In this document: positions 1 to 9,428 of the stretch, piece by piece | How positions within the stretch are numbered: the first letter of the stretch is position 1 | How the letters are laid out: each line of letters starts with the position of its first letter | Origin: Candidatus Poribacteria bacterium | GTDB lineage: Bacteria; Poribacteria; WGA-4E; WGA-3G | Direction of reading: 5' to 3' | Length of the DNA stretch: 64,000 bases | Assembly: GCA_965205015.1 (NCBI GenBank) | Contig: OZ242029.1 | Location: 4,800,001-4,864,000 of the forward strand | Made by a program: the position numbers and the translations under genes | Notes under the pieces: model-generated | What the model was told of the DNA's origin: nothing | Databases searched by the model: none | The model's input: the letters and a program-made list of their open reading frames with translations, nothing else

Positions 1-2
1 TC

Positions 3-215
3 AACCCAGAGACAGGCGAACGGTTCACGTGGTGTCAAGGTGAAAGCTTAGAGGAACTGTCGCAACCCGAACGGATCGCGCAAATCAAGGCAAATACTGA
101 AAAGGCGATGGCATCCAAGAAAACGGCAAAACCGAATCGTCGTTTGATAGAGATTCTCACCGATGTTCATGACGACGAAGATGACGAAGAACCGTGTCTG
201 ATTTGTCACAAGTGA
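3..215 (+). CDS. 3' end of a PAPS-reductase-family protein resembling SspD (partial, runs off the window)
   Basis: Manual translation NPETGERFTWCQGESLEELSQPERIAQIK...DDEDDEEPCLICHK*; the FTWxQGESLEEL and terminal CLICH motifs are as I recall them from SspD-like PAPS reductases; precedes a DUF262 gene. Confidence 0.55.
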   Translation, partial: NPETGERFTWCQGESLEELSQPERIAQIKANTEKAMASKKTAKPNRRLIEILTDVHDDEDDEEPCLICHK

Positions 216-263
216 TAATTCTATAATATCAAAACTATTTATACAATAAGAGGTGTCTAACCT

Positions 264-1538
264 ATGAGAACAATTTCACTAGACAACGGTTTAGACAACG
301 GTTGGCCCATTGATAGGGTCATCAGAAGGAGACCACGGATAAATCCACAACCCCAATATCAACGAACACCAGTTTGGAACGACACAAAAAAACAATTACT
401 TATTGACTCAATACTTCGGGGATATGACTTACCTAAATTCTATCTGCGCTCATCTACTAACGGATATGAACACGAGGTTGTCGATGGTCAGCAAAGACTT
501 CTCGCAATTTGGGATTTTCGGGACGATCAGTATGCGTTAGGAAATACATCAAAAGATATACCTAATTTTGGAGATTTATCAGGCAGAAAATTCTCAGAAT
601 TACCCAGCGAAGCACAAGATCAATTTGGAGAATTTAAACTTAATTTGGTTGTGATAGAGGAAGCATCAGACTTAGAAATACGGCAGCTTTTCTTAAGATT
701 GCAGGAAGGAGTTAGCCTGAATCCTCCAGAAAAACGGAACGCTATGTCTGGTAATATGCGTGATTTTGTAGCAGACTTGGGGGAAAACCACCGAATTTTT
801 CGCACAGAATTAATTCGTCTTCCTGATACAAGATTTCAGTGGCATGATTTAGTGGCAATAGTAACATGCTTAGAAATAGCTGGAGGACCAACAGATGTTA
901 AAGCTCCTAGTCTGAAAAAGATGTACGAGGATGAGCAGGAGTTTAATAACAATGGAACCATTTCCCAAAAAGTAAAACGATACTTGAATTATATGGCAAG
1001 AGTTTTTGAAGCCCCTGAAACCCCGATTCCCGAAACAGATATTAAGTGGGGCTTCGTAGACTTGTACCTACTGATTTCAAAAATGGATGCCTCCTATGCT
1101 ATCAGTCAGCGAGAACAAGACTTTAAAAATTTTTACATTACTTTTGAAGGCGAGAGACGAGAAAATATGAGTGATTATGGTTCACTACGTGCTGGTCAAG
1201 ATCTTTGGAATAGAGACTTATATAATTATATTGAGGCATTCATTCGTTCAGGGGGTACAAAAAAGAATATCAACACGAGACATAAAGTATATAAAAGACG
1301 ATTTCTTAGAGATTTTCCAGACTTAGTGTCGAAAGACCCTCAACGTAGATTCACTAACGACCAACGGATTTTCATTTGGCGCCGAGCCAATGGTAAGTGT
1401 CAAATATGCGATGCAGAGATTAATTTGAATCAAATGCATGCCGATCATATCATTTGTCATAACGAAGGTGGAAGAACAACCCTTGAAAACGGACGAGCAC
1501 TTTGTATACCATGTAACACTAGTAGAGGTGTTACATAA
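264..1538 (+). CDS. DUF262 (GmrSD/SspE-type ParB-like NTPase) plus C-terminal HNH endonuclease
   Basis: PQYQRTPVW, LIDSIL, VVDGQQRL and FLRLQEG motifs; C-terminal CQIC...HADHII..GG.T..NG..LCIPCN. Confidence 0.85.
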   Translation: MRTISLDNGLDNGWPIDRVIRRRPRINPQPQYQRTPVWNDTKKQLLIDSILRGYDLPKFYLRSSTNGYEHEVVDGQQRLLAIWDFRDDQYALGNTSKDIPNFGDLSGRKFSELPSEAQDQFGEFKLNLVVIEEASDLEIRQLFLRLQEGVSLNPPEKRNAMSGNMRDFVADLGENHRIFRTELIRLPDTRFQWHDLVAIVTCLEIAGGPTDVKAPSLKKMYEDEQEFNNNGTISQKVKRYLNYMARVFEAPETPIPETDIKWGFVDLYLLISKMDASYAISQREQDFKNFYITFEGERRENMSDYGSLRAGQDLWNRDLYNYIEAFIRSGGTKKNINTRHKVYKRRFLRDFPDLVSKDPQRRFTNDQRIFIWRRANGKCQICDAEINLNQMHADHIICHNEGGRTTLENGRALCIPCNTSRGVT

Positions 1539-1609
1539 TCTCATTTTCAATACTCATACTTGAAACTTGATTTATGAATTTACCTAATTGACCGTCTATA
1601 GACTAAAAA

Positions 1610-4027
1610 ATGAAGCAACTTTTCAAAAAATTATACTTTGTCCAAACTGAGGACAACATTGATAAAATCATCAGCAATCATCCGGATATTTTCAAACCTG
1701 AAAATTGGTATCCTCTCGGTGGTCATGAAAATAATTTCGGTGTCATCGAAAATCAACAATCTACCCCGATTGCAGCACTAATTGAGAAAATTACGAACTC
1801 AATTGATGCTGTTTTGATGAAGAAATGCTTGCAAGCAGGCATCAATCCCACATCCAATCAAGCTCCCCAATCCATGGATGAAGCTAGAACGAATTTCTTT
1901 CCAAAACACAGAGACTGGGATCTGGCAGGACTCCGAAATCAGCAAGCCGAGAGCATTCAAGTTCTTGCCGACGGACCACGCGGCAATACCTCCCTGATTA
2001 TTTATGATGATGGCGAGGGACAACATCCTGAAGAATTCGAGAACACCTTCCTTTCATTGTTGCGAGGAAATAAGAACGAAATCCATTTTGTTCAGGGCAA
2101 ATACAATATGGGTGGGAGCGGTGCCATTGTGTTCTGTGGTAAAAAGCGATACCAATTAATCGGTTCAAAGCGTCACGATAACACCGGGGAATTCGGTTTC
2201 ACACTGATTAGAGAACATCCACTGAGCAAAGCAGAAGAAAACACCAAAAAGAATACATGGTACGAATACCTAAAGATTGATGGAAAAATCCCTGCTTTTC
2301 AAGCAGATAGGCAGGATTTAGGACTGCATAAAAGAACTTTCACAACAGGAACAATTATCAAACTCTACTCCTACGATCTTCCCGCCGGAATCTCAGATAT
2401 TTCAAGGGATTTGAATCGGAGCATTAACGAATATCTATTTGAACCTGTCTTGCCCGTGTATACAATTGAAAAAGAGGAACGCTATCCTAAGAGTTCTTTG
2501 CGAAGGGGTTTATACGGACTAAAACGCAGATTGGAGCAGGAAGATAATAAATACGTTGAAGAATCGTTTTCTTTAGATTTTGACGACGAACTTTTTGGAC
2601 AAATGAAAGTGACGTGTTACGTATTCAAAACAAAAATAGACGACAGATCCGTCAAAGAAACTAAGGAAACAATTCAGCGAGAGTTTTTCAAAAACAGAAT
2701 GTCCGTGCTATTTTCAGTCAACGGACAAGCACATGGACACTATACATCCGAATTCATAACTCGCTCCCTAAAATTAAATTTACTTAAGGAACACCTCCTT
2801 ATTCATGTTGATTGTACGAAAATGGCTCCCAATTTCCGCAGAGAATTATTTATGGCATCTCGAGACCGGTTAAAAGATGGTGAAGAAACTCGTGTGTTAC
2901 GGAAATTTTTGGCAGATAAGCTCGGAGCAAAAGATGGACGTTTAGCGGAAATTCAGAAACGGAGGAAAAACTCTATAGCAATAGAAAGTGAGGACGCGAA
3001 AGACTTGATTAGATCTTTCGCACAAAATCTCTCACGAAACCAAGATTTGTTGCAGTTGTTAGGGCAAACTCTAAACTTAGACCTACAAACTAAAGGAAAT
3101 CAGAAAAGAAATTCTAACAGCTCAACCAAGAAAAAACCAAAGCAAAATGACATGCAACCTTTTAATTCGCAAAGATTTCCAGCATTTTTCAAACGACGTG
3201 TGCGCGGAAGCTCCGGAAATGGGGTGGTGGCAATCCCAATTGGTGGTGAGAAAACAATCCTCTTTGACACAGATGTCGAAAACAATTATTTTGATCGCAT
3301 CGAAGAACCAGGGGAATTAAAAATTGCCATTCTTGATTTCAAAACAAATGAAACCGAAGGTGGAGATGCCCCAGGTAAAGTTGATCGGATCGAAGATGTA
3401 TTCAATGCCCGGAAAAGTAGTCCTCAAGACGGAACAATAAAGATTCATCTCAATCCGAAAAAAGAAGTAGATGTCGGAGATGAAGCAAGGATTAAAGTGA
3501 GTCTTAGCGACCCTAGCGGTAACTTTTTTGAGGAAACATTCTGGGTAAAGATAAGCGAACCCCAAGCACCTCCGCAACCTTCGCCTAAAACTGAAAATAA
3601 AGAAATTCCGAATTTAGGTTTGCCTGAGATGAAATTAGTTTATGAAAAAGATTGGGAGCAATTTGGAGAAGCAGGCGAAACAATGGATTATTCTACTGTG
3701 ATGTACCCTTATGTTGAAGGTGAGAAATTAGAAATCATCTACATCAATCTGGATAGTACTGTTTTGAAAAATTTCAGAGCGAAAACCAGAAATGCCAGTC
3801 AGGAACAGTTAGAAATAGCCAATCAAAGATATATCGCCTCTGTATATTCACACACATTGCTTTTGTATTCAATTACAAAGGCACATAAATACGAGATTGT
3901 GCAAGAGGAAAATGGCAGAGATTCTGATGTTGAATTAGGCACTTACCTCAAAGATTTGTTCGACAATTATTACGCAGAATTCCTTCTGAACTTCGGTTTT
4001 GATGATATTATGCAATTGCTGGAATAA
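1610..4027 (+). CDS. GHKL (MORC/HSP90-like) ATPase protein, probably defence-associated
   Basis: Bergerat-fold motifs EKITNSIDA, DDGEG, GKYNMGGSG, TGTIIKL. Confidence 0.7.
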   Translation: MKQLFKKLYFVQTEDNIDKIISNHPDIFKPENWYPLGGHENNFGVIENQQSTPIAALIEKITNSIDAVLMKKCLQAGINPTSNQAPQSMDEARTNFFPKHRDWDLAGLRNQQAESIQVLADGPRGNTSLIIYDDGEGQHPEEFENTFLSLLRGNKNEIHFVQGKYNMGGSGAIVFCGKKRYQLIGSKRHDNTGEFGFTLIREHPLSKAEENTKKNTWYEYLKIDGKIPAFQADRQDLGLHKRTFTTGTIIKLYSYDLPAGISDISRDLNRSINEYLFEPVLPVYTIEKEERYPKSSLRRGLYGLKRRLEQEDNKYVEESFSLDFDDELFGQMKVTCYVFKTKIDDRSVKETKETIQREFFKNRMSVLFSVNGQAHGHYTSEFITRSLKLNLLKEHLLIHVDCTKMAPNFRRELFMASRDRLKDGEETRVLRKFLADKLGAKDGRLAEIQKRRKNSIAIESEDAKDLIRSFAQNLSRNQDLLQLLGQTLNLDLQTKGNQKRNSNSSTKKKPKQNDMQPFNSQRFPAFFKRRVRGSSGNGVVAIPIGGEKTILFDTDVENNYFDRIEEPGELKIAILDFKTNETEGGDAPGKVDRIEDVFNARKSSPQDGTIKIHLNPKKEVDVGDEARIKVSLSDPSGNFFEETFWVKISEPQAPPQPSPKTENKEIPNLGLPEMKLVYEKDWEQFGEAGETMDYSTVMYPYVEGEKLEIIYINLDSTVLKNFRAKTRNASQEQLEIANQRYIASVYSHTLLLYSITKAHKYEIVQEENGRDSDVELGTYLKDLFDNYYAEFLLNFGFDDIMQLLE

Positions 4028-4174
4028 TAACTTCACAAAGCATCAACACCCAAAAAAGTGTATCTAATCCCATAAATCCTGATTCAAACAACAGCAAAAT
4101 TCTTTTCCCAATTTCCGCCGACTCCGTGTATAATGGGGTATCGTTCTGATGCCAATAAAACACGGAGAACATAG

Positions 4175-4324
4175 ATGTCCGATCCCAACATCAAACCTAC
4201 GCATAAACCTATCAAAATCTATTACGCCGAACTGGAAAAATATGCCCAACTCGGTGAGGAAAACGAAGGCACTGTCCGTGCAGCATTTCAAAATCTTCTG
4301 CAACCTTACTGCCACCAATCCTAG
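4175..4324 (+). pseudogene. N-terminal remnant of a single-chain type IIG/ISP-like restriction-modification enzyme
   Basis: RBS GGAGA, then MSDPNIKPTHKPIKIYYAELEKYAQLGEENEGTVRAAFQNLLQPYCHQS*; ExxVRxAFQxLL resembles the N-termini of these enzymes; stops after 49 aa. Confidence 0.5.
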
Positions 4325-4494
4325 TTACAGCGAAGAGATAGATATGAATTGGGACAACGTCGGACGTTTAGTAAAAGCTGCATCAGGAATAGATTGGCGC
4401 AAGGATGGTGAATACGAAGGAAGAACAGGAGAAGCAGCTGGGAAAGTTATGGCAGATGAAATGATACGCCTATTGCCAACTGAAGGGGTTATCG

Positions 4495-4636
4495 CAGGGT
4501 CATTCAATTGTAGGTTTTTTTCGGCGTTTTCGCCAAGACATCGCGAGCCTGGGGAAACACCCAAGCAAAAACACTCGCGCCTACAGGGCTCCTTGGGAAC
4601 CGAAAATCCAAAATTTCGGAAAATTGAATAGCCCTG
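4495..4636. mobile_element. MITE-like element with CAGGG termini
   Basis: CAGGGTCATTCAATT ... AATTGAATAGCCCTG imperfect terminal inverted repeats; no clear target-site duplication. Confidence 0.5.
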
Positions 4637-4662
4637 ATGCGATGTACGATGTACAATTTTAT

Positions 4663-4691
4663 TTGACCTTCAGGCAAATTTGTGTTATAAT
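4663..4691 (+). promoter_or_regulatory. sigma70-type promoter of leader element copy 1
   Basis: TTGACC-N17-TATAAT. Confidence 0.65.
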
Positions 4692-4821
4692 TAACCTTCA
4701 AGATTCGCGTCTAAAAAATGTACCCTTTTCCGTAGAAGTCTGTTATAGTAAAATCCGAAAATATGTTCACACTTGTAGCATAGGCGACCGTTAGTCTCCT
4801 GTGCATCCCTGAATCACGCGT

Positions 4822-4956
4822 ATGAAGACTTATAGAGACCCCCTTCTTCTGAACATATCCACAGCAAACATGCCTTCGTGCTGGGTCCCGGTATCCGACT
4901 GGGGCACCATTAGCCAAGGCGCGATTACCCCCCCCCTCTTAATTCACGTGAAGTAA
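4822..4956 (+). CDS. Putative leader peptide copy 1 (44 aa, C9 tract)
   Basis: MKTYRDPLLL...GAITPPLLIHVK*; C9 at 4928-4936; ends AAGTAA like copies 2 and 3. Confidence 0.45.
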   Translation: MKTYRDPLLLNISTANMPSCWVPVSDWGTISQGAITPPLLIHVK

Positions 4957-5016
4957 TTTTACATATCTATCTCATAAACTGCGTCCGCAGCTTCGCTGCT
5001 GTCGCGGTTTTTTCGC

Positions 5017-5070
5017 GCCCGCACGCGCTGCGTTTCCACACGTCTGCCGCGTTGCGGGCTATTTTTGTTG
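5017..5070 (+). terminator. Terminator-like hairpin of leader copy 1
   Basis: GCCCGCA(CGCG)...(CGCG)TTGCGGGC followed by TATTTTTGTTG. Confidence 0.55.
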
Positions 5071-5144
5071 CATTGGGATTCCACCGGATGCTTTTTGCAA
5101 GTGTTGGGCGGTCCCGATACATCTACCCTTGAGGGTTAACCAAA

Positions 5145-5183
5145 TAGGACTTACGCATTTCCTTTTAATATGCGTAAGTCCTA
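5145..5183. repeat. Minimal AGGACTTACGCA inverted-repeat element
   Basis: TAGGACTTACGCA-N13-TGCGTAAGTCCTA. Confidence 0.75.
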
Positions 5184-5210
5184 CCAAACTTAAAGAAGGA
5201 AAGACTCACA

Positions 5211-7034
5211 ATGTTTAGATTCTGCATCTTATCAATTCTCTGTGTATACGTTACCGCATCAGCCGCGTTTGCGCATCCTGATCCTGGCGATGGTTACCAC
5301 TTCGGGACTACACGTGGCATCAAATTAATAGTGGGCGGGGAGAACAACGAGAGGTTCATCGGACAGAGAGAGCCTGATGCTGAAGGTTACCACATTCATA
5401 GGTACAGCTATACAATTACTGTGGATGGGGGTTCGGTAGGGCTAATATGGGAGAAAACATTTAAAACTGGCGAAGATCCTCCTCCCCCCGATACGCTGCC
5501 AGACGGCTATTTCCCTAGGTTTGGACCTAGAAAGGAAGTTACTGATGACCTAGGTCCGGAGCACATAGTCCACCCACCGGCGCATTCTCATGGCGTTACA
5601 CACGAACATGGCACCTATGTGTCCCACACGCATACAGTGTGGCACACACACGCTGGGGATGCCTCGCAGCACACGCACACTTACACCGAGTCTGAAACTC
5701 ACAGCCTCTCGGATGGCAGCCACACGGGCGTAGGCACCAGGCAACAGAATAACCCACCCCCAGGGTCAAGCGGACGTGAAGAGGAAGAAGGGCGTAGTGG
5801 ACCACCCCCAGGTGATAATCCACCCCAGCAGCAGTTGCATTCTCATGAGGTTACACACCAACATGGCACCTATGTGTCCCACACGCATACAGTGACACAC
5901 ACTGGAGATGCATCGCAGCACACGCACTCTTACACCGAGTCTGAAATTCACAGCCTCTCGGGTGGCAGCCACACGGGCGTAGGCACCAGACAACCGGTGC
6001 AGAACCCACCTCCAGGTAATAACCAAGGTAATAGCCAACCCCAGCAGAGGTCGCATTCTCATGAGGTTACACACCAACATGGCACCTATGTGTCCCACAC
6101 GCATACAGTGACACACACTGGGGATGCCTCGCAGCACACGCACACTTACACCGAGTCTGAAATTCACAGTCTCTCGGGTGACAACCATGTGGGCGTAGGC
6201 ACCAGACAACTGACGAATAACCTACCTCCAGGTGATAACCAAGGTAATAGTCCACCCCCAGCGGGAGGGGAGGGTGGAACTCCTGAAGGGACATCCAATG
6301 GAGCCACGACTACCACAGTAGCGACTCCAGTCGTAGGGGAGGGCGGGGGCACCCCTGAAGGGACATCCAGTCCTCAACAGGTCGTGTCAAGTGGTCCCCA
6401 AGCAACGCAACCCGGGGCTCCACCCGAGCGTCAACCTTTATTACCCATACGCATCACAGAGTATATGGTCAGAGATTGGACGGCTGGGATTGGTGGATTA
6501 CCACAGTGGATTGAGGTGTATAACCCCAACACCGAGGCAGTCAACCTCAAAGGTTACACGTTCCAATATGCCACCCGACGGTCGGCCAATGCCCCCCATA
6601 AAGTCCATACGCTGACACTCGCTGGAACACAGGACGGGTTCAGCATAGCGGGAGGCGGCGTAGCGATCCTATCAACCCGAAAAGTTCCGGCATGGCGATT
6701 TTCCGGTATTGGAGCCTCCCAGGTCTACAACTTGAGCATAGACAACGTCCTCAAACGCGGGTGGGTGTTGACGGATGCCAATGGCAAGGAGATTCACCGT
6801 CTCGGTAGGGCTGCCTTTAGTGCGTTAGGGGATCCGGTGGCACCACTCCATCAGAACAAGGCGCGGGTCTCTTATCAGGTCGTCCCGAGCGAGTCGCCCC
6901 CGGAGGTTTATTACTATGGACATCGGGAAGACATCGGGTCTCCTGGGTTCTACAAGCAACCGGCGCCGGCGGCCCCGAGTGCGGTCAAACGCAAGCGAGT
7001 CGGCACCTGGGCGAGTCTGAAGCAAACGCCATAA
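5211..7034 (+). CDS. Secreted His-rich repeat protein with lamin-tail-like domain and C-terminal TWxxLK motif
   Basis: Signal peptide (AFA|H); three 52-54 aa His repeats; IRITEYM..PQWIEVYNP..VNLKGY (lamin-tail-domain pattern); ends VGTWASLKQTP. Confidence 0.75.
   Translation: MFRFCILSILCVYVTASAAFAHPDPGDGYHFGTTRGIKLIVGGENNERFIGQREPDAEGYHIHRYSYTITVDGGSVGLIWEKTFKTGEDPPPPDTLPDGYFPRFGPRKEVTDDLGPEHIVHPPAHSHGVTHEHGTYVSHTHTVWHTHAGDASQHTHTYTESETHSLSDGSHTGVGTRQQNNPPPGSSGREEEEGRSGPPPGDNPPQQQLHSHEVTHQHGTYVSHTHTVTHTGDASQHTHSYTESEIHSLSGGSHTGVGTRQPVQNPPPGNNQGNSQPQQRSHSHEVTHQHGTYVSHTHTVTHTGDASQHTHTYTESEIHSLSGDNHVGVGTRQLTNNLPPGDNQGNSPPPAGGEGGTPEGTSNGATTTTVATPVVGEGGGTPEGTSSPQQVVSSGPQATQPGAPPERQPLLPIRITEYMVRDWTAGIGGLPQWIEVYNPNTEAVNLKGYTFQYATRRSANAPHKVHTLTLAGTQDGFSIAGGGVAILSTRKVPAWRFSGIGASQVYNLSIDNVLKRGWVLTDANGKEIHRLGRAAFSALGDPVAPLHQNKARVSYQVVPSESPPEVYYYGHREDIGSPGFYKQPAPAAPSAVKRKRVGTWASLKQTP
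5583..6209 (+). repeat. Three intragenic ~156-bp His-rich repeats
   Basis: 5583-5744, 5838-5993 and 6054-6209 are near-identical at DNA level. Confidence 0.9.
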
Positions 7035-7042
7035 AAAAACCT

Positions 7043-7187
7043 CAGGACTTACGCAGTTCCTCCTAAAGTCCCCCTACCCCCTGATAAGGGGGATATGGGG
7101 GGTGAAGGATTTAGGGGATTAAATCACTGAAAGAACGCCTTTTTCGGTGAAATCTATTCCTTTTTTATCCGATGTGCGTAAGTCCTG
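7043..7187. mobile_element. MITE-like element with AGGACTTACGCA termini
   Basis: CAGGACTTACGCA ... TGCGTAAGTCCTG enclosing a CCCCCTGATAAGGGGG palindrome. Confidence 0.7.
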
Positions 7188-7323
7188 TCTATAAAAGCCA
7201 ATCCTCAATCAAGACGGTTCTCTCATCCTGAAAATCCTGATTCAGACAATTTTACCCTCCAAATCCCGAAACTACCCGCTGATTGCTGAAAACTGAATAT
7301 CCTCGAGGGTTATCGCGAAAAAC

Positions 7324-7353
7324 TTGACATCTCACACACGTTTATGCTATAAT
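7324..7353 (+). promoter_or_regulatory. sigma70 promoter of leader copy 2
   Basis: TTGACA-N18-TATAAT with extended -10 TG. Confidence 0.75.
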
Positions 7354-7447
7354 TTAATCACAATGCTCAACTAACGGAAATCGCCTAATTTGCTGCTAAA
7401 AAATTATGCGACAGGTGCTGCAGTTGAAGGGATAATACCAGCAGGAT

Positions 7448-7600
7448 ATGAAGAACCAAGATACGAACGCCACACCCAAAACACGACACCTACTCGATAG
7501 CAATCGCTATCCATGGCGATCCTTAATGTGCTTAGCGTTCATGCGTGCATTAGGATTTAACAAGCCGACTACCCCCCCCCACTTTACAAAAAACAAGTAA
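7448..7600 (+). CDS. Putative leader peptide copy 2 (50 aa, C9 tract)
   Basis: MKNQDTNATPKTRHLLDSNRYPWRSLMCLAFMRALGFNKPTTPPHFTKNK*; same length and frame as copy 3; C9 at 7572-7580. Confidence 0.55.
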   Translation: MKNQDTNATPKTRHLLDSNRYPWRSLMCLAFMRALGFNKPTTPPHFTKNK

Positions 7601-7647
7601 TTTACTTCACAAAACATTCACGGCATCCGCGAATGTTCTGTCCTCAT

Positions 7648-7697
7648 GCCCGCACGCCATCTCGTCTGATGGCACCCAATGCGGGCTATTTTTGTTG
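7648..7697 (+). terminator. Terminator-like hairpin of leader copy 2
   Basis: GCCCGCA-C-GCCATC-loop-GATGGC-ACCCAA-TGCGGGC followed by TATTTTTGTTG. Confidence 0.6.
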
Positions 7698-7740
7698 TCA
7701 TATTTTCCGCACAATTATAGGTCCATAAAGGAGAAAGCGA

Positions 7741-8823
7741 ATGAAAAATAGATTAATTTTTATTGTTTGTCTATTGGTTCTACTCGGTACTCCCGTGTAT
7801 GCGCAATCCGGATTTTACGAATTACCCATCAGCAAAAAGGCGGTCGGTATAGGCTACCAACGCTACAGACCGCCGAAACGGACAGATGCCTCTTTTCGCT
7901 TTCATGCACAAACGATATTAGGGAGTCTCGACTACGCTTTCAGCCGTGATCTAAAGGTCTCACTCCTACCGGGTGTTTCTTTTTTTGATGTCAATACGCA
8001 GAATCCTACTGAGATCGCACCCAGTCCTTCTATTGATATAAGGTTACTCAACATTAACGAGCTGAACATGACGGGATTGAAGTTTTTCATATCAGGCGGG
8101 TTCAGGACCCAATACATGAATATCGTCCGTACTGGGAATTTACCCCTGCATTCTGTGAACATGGCACTCCGAGGCGGTGCGGGATTCCTGCATCTCCTTG
8201 AGACAGATCACGGATGGAAACTCAAGCCATTTTTCGCACTATTCGCAACACAGGTCTGGGACAACGTCTCAAGTGCTAAAAGATTGTACGTCAATACGTC
8301 AAGAAACTTTTTCACCGGTGAAGCAGGTGTAGAAATAGAGTTGTCGCCGACGATGAGTGCCATCGGGAGCATTGAATTCCCTTTTGATTCTTCAGAATTA
8401 CTGTATCGTTTCGGCGTGAACTTCCATCAAGCACCCTCTCTGAATATACCCCGTGAAACGACATCACAAAACGGCAGCGTTGAGACAGACACGCCGGAAG
8501 TTGTTGCTGAATCGGGGCAGATCCATTACGAGCCGAATCTTGAGGTCGCCGGTCCCCAGTACAAATCCAAAGTTGATCCGAAGTATCCAGAACTCGCAAT
8601 CGCTGCGGGGCAGATCGGTGTGGTCATCTTAGAAACAATCATCAATGAAGAGGGTATCCCGATAGACATCGTTAAACGGACAAATCTCGGATACGGACTC
8701 GAAGCAGCGGCACTTGCGGCGTTGAAGCGGACAAGATTCCATCCTGCGATATACCGTGGAGAGCCAATCCCGATGCGGGTCACGATACGCTATATTTTTA
8801 GAATTCAAGATACAATCAGATAG
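7741..8823 (+). CDS. Exported protein: outer-membrane beta-barrel-like region fused to a TonB C-terminal domain
   Basis: Signal peptide; amphipathic strands ending LYRFGVNF; PKYPELA..G..G.V.L...I.E.G and LEAAAL.A.....FHPA (TonB_C pattern). Confidence 0.7.
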   Translation: MKNRLIFIVCLLVLLGTPVYAQSGFYELPISKKAVGIGYQRYRPPKRTDASFRFHAQTILGSLDYAFSRDLKVSLLPGVSFFDVNTQNPTEIAPSPSIDIRLLNINELNMTGLKFFISGGFRTQYMNIVRTGNLPLHSVNMALRGGAGFLHLLETDHGWKLKPFFALFATQVWDNVSSAKRLYVNTSRNFFTGEAGVEIELSPTMSAIGSIEFPFDSSELLYRFGVNFHQAPSLNIPRETTSQNGSVETDTPEVVAESGQIHYEPNLEVAGPQYKSKVDPKYPELAIAAGQIGVVILETIINEEGIPIDIVKRTNLGYGLEAAALAALKRTRFHPAIYRGEPIPMRVTIRYIFRIQDTIR

Positions 8824-8831
8824 GGGGTCGT

Positions 8832-9428
8832 ATGTTACAAAAATTTCTCTACGCGTGCATGTTGATATGTTGTCTACTGGGGTGCACTTCAGACAGCTCA
8901 GATGATAATTCGATATTTCCAACACCCCTCGTGCCCGAACCCGAACCGACACCCCAAACGCCCCCACCGGTCGTTGAGGTGCCTATTATAGTAGAACCCA
9001 TTGAGGAAAAGATTGATGTACCGCCCGTCGACCCAATCGTTGAGGATGAAGTCGAGCCTGAACCTGTTGAAGAAGCCGAGCCTGAGCCTAAAGACAGGAC
9101 AGCACCCCGCCTCATTGATAGCAGCATCTCACATGGTGATGTAGGCATCGATCCAGACACAGAGCGTTTCATTTTTACATTCGATGAGGAGATCGGGCGC
9201 GCCGATATAAAACTCATCAATAACACGCTCAAGATTGATATGGAATGGACAACGCTTTTAGATGGCAAACGCGTCATCCTTTTGAGAGTGCCAGGGGAGG
9301 GGCGTCGGATGATGATGGGCGAACTCTATACAATACAAATGCGATGGCGGGATGAAGCAAATAATTGGGAACCTGAAAATTTCGGAGTTATTCACGTTAT
9401 TACCTTCATCACTGAGGTCAAGGAATGA
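8832..9428 (+). CDS. Lipoprotein with Pro/Glu-rich linker and Ig-like domain
   Basis: Lipobox LLGC; PE-rich stalk; DRTAPRLID..FTFDEEI Ig-like start. Confidence 0.7.
   Translation: MLQKFLYACMLICCLLGCTSDSSDDNSIFPTPLVPEPEPTPQTPPPVVEVPIIVEPIEEKIDVPPVDPIVEDEVEPEPVEEAEPEPKDRTAPRLIDSSISHGDVGIDPDTERFIFTFDEEIGRADIKLINNTLKIDMEWTTLLDGKRVILLRVPGEGRRMMMGELYTIQMRWRDEANNWEPENFGVIHVITFITEVKE

Noticed and set aside
280-303. 12-bp tandem duplication TAGACAACGGTT at the DUF262 gene start
   Set aside because: In-frame micro-duplication (LDNG x2) with no evident functional signal
4149-4631. 160-aa ORF in the ORF track
   Set aside because: Chimeric read across an R-M remnant (in another frame), an unrelated fragment and a MITE
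5583-6209. Repeat-spacer pattern resembling CRISPR or DGR repeats
   Set aside because: Repeats are about 156 bp and in-frame coding; differences are not adenine-specific; no reverse transcriptase
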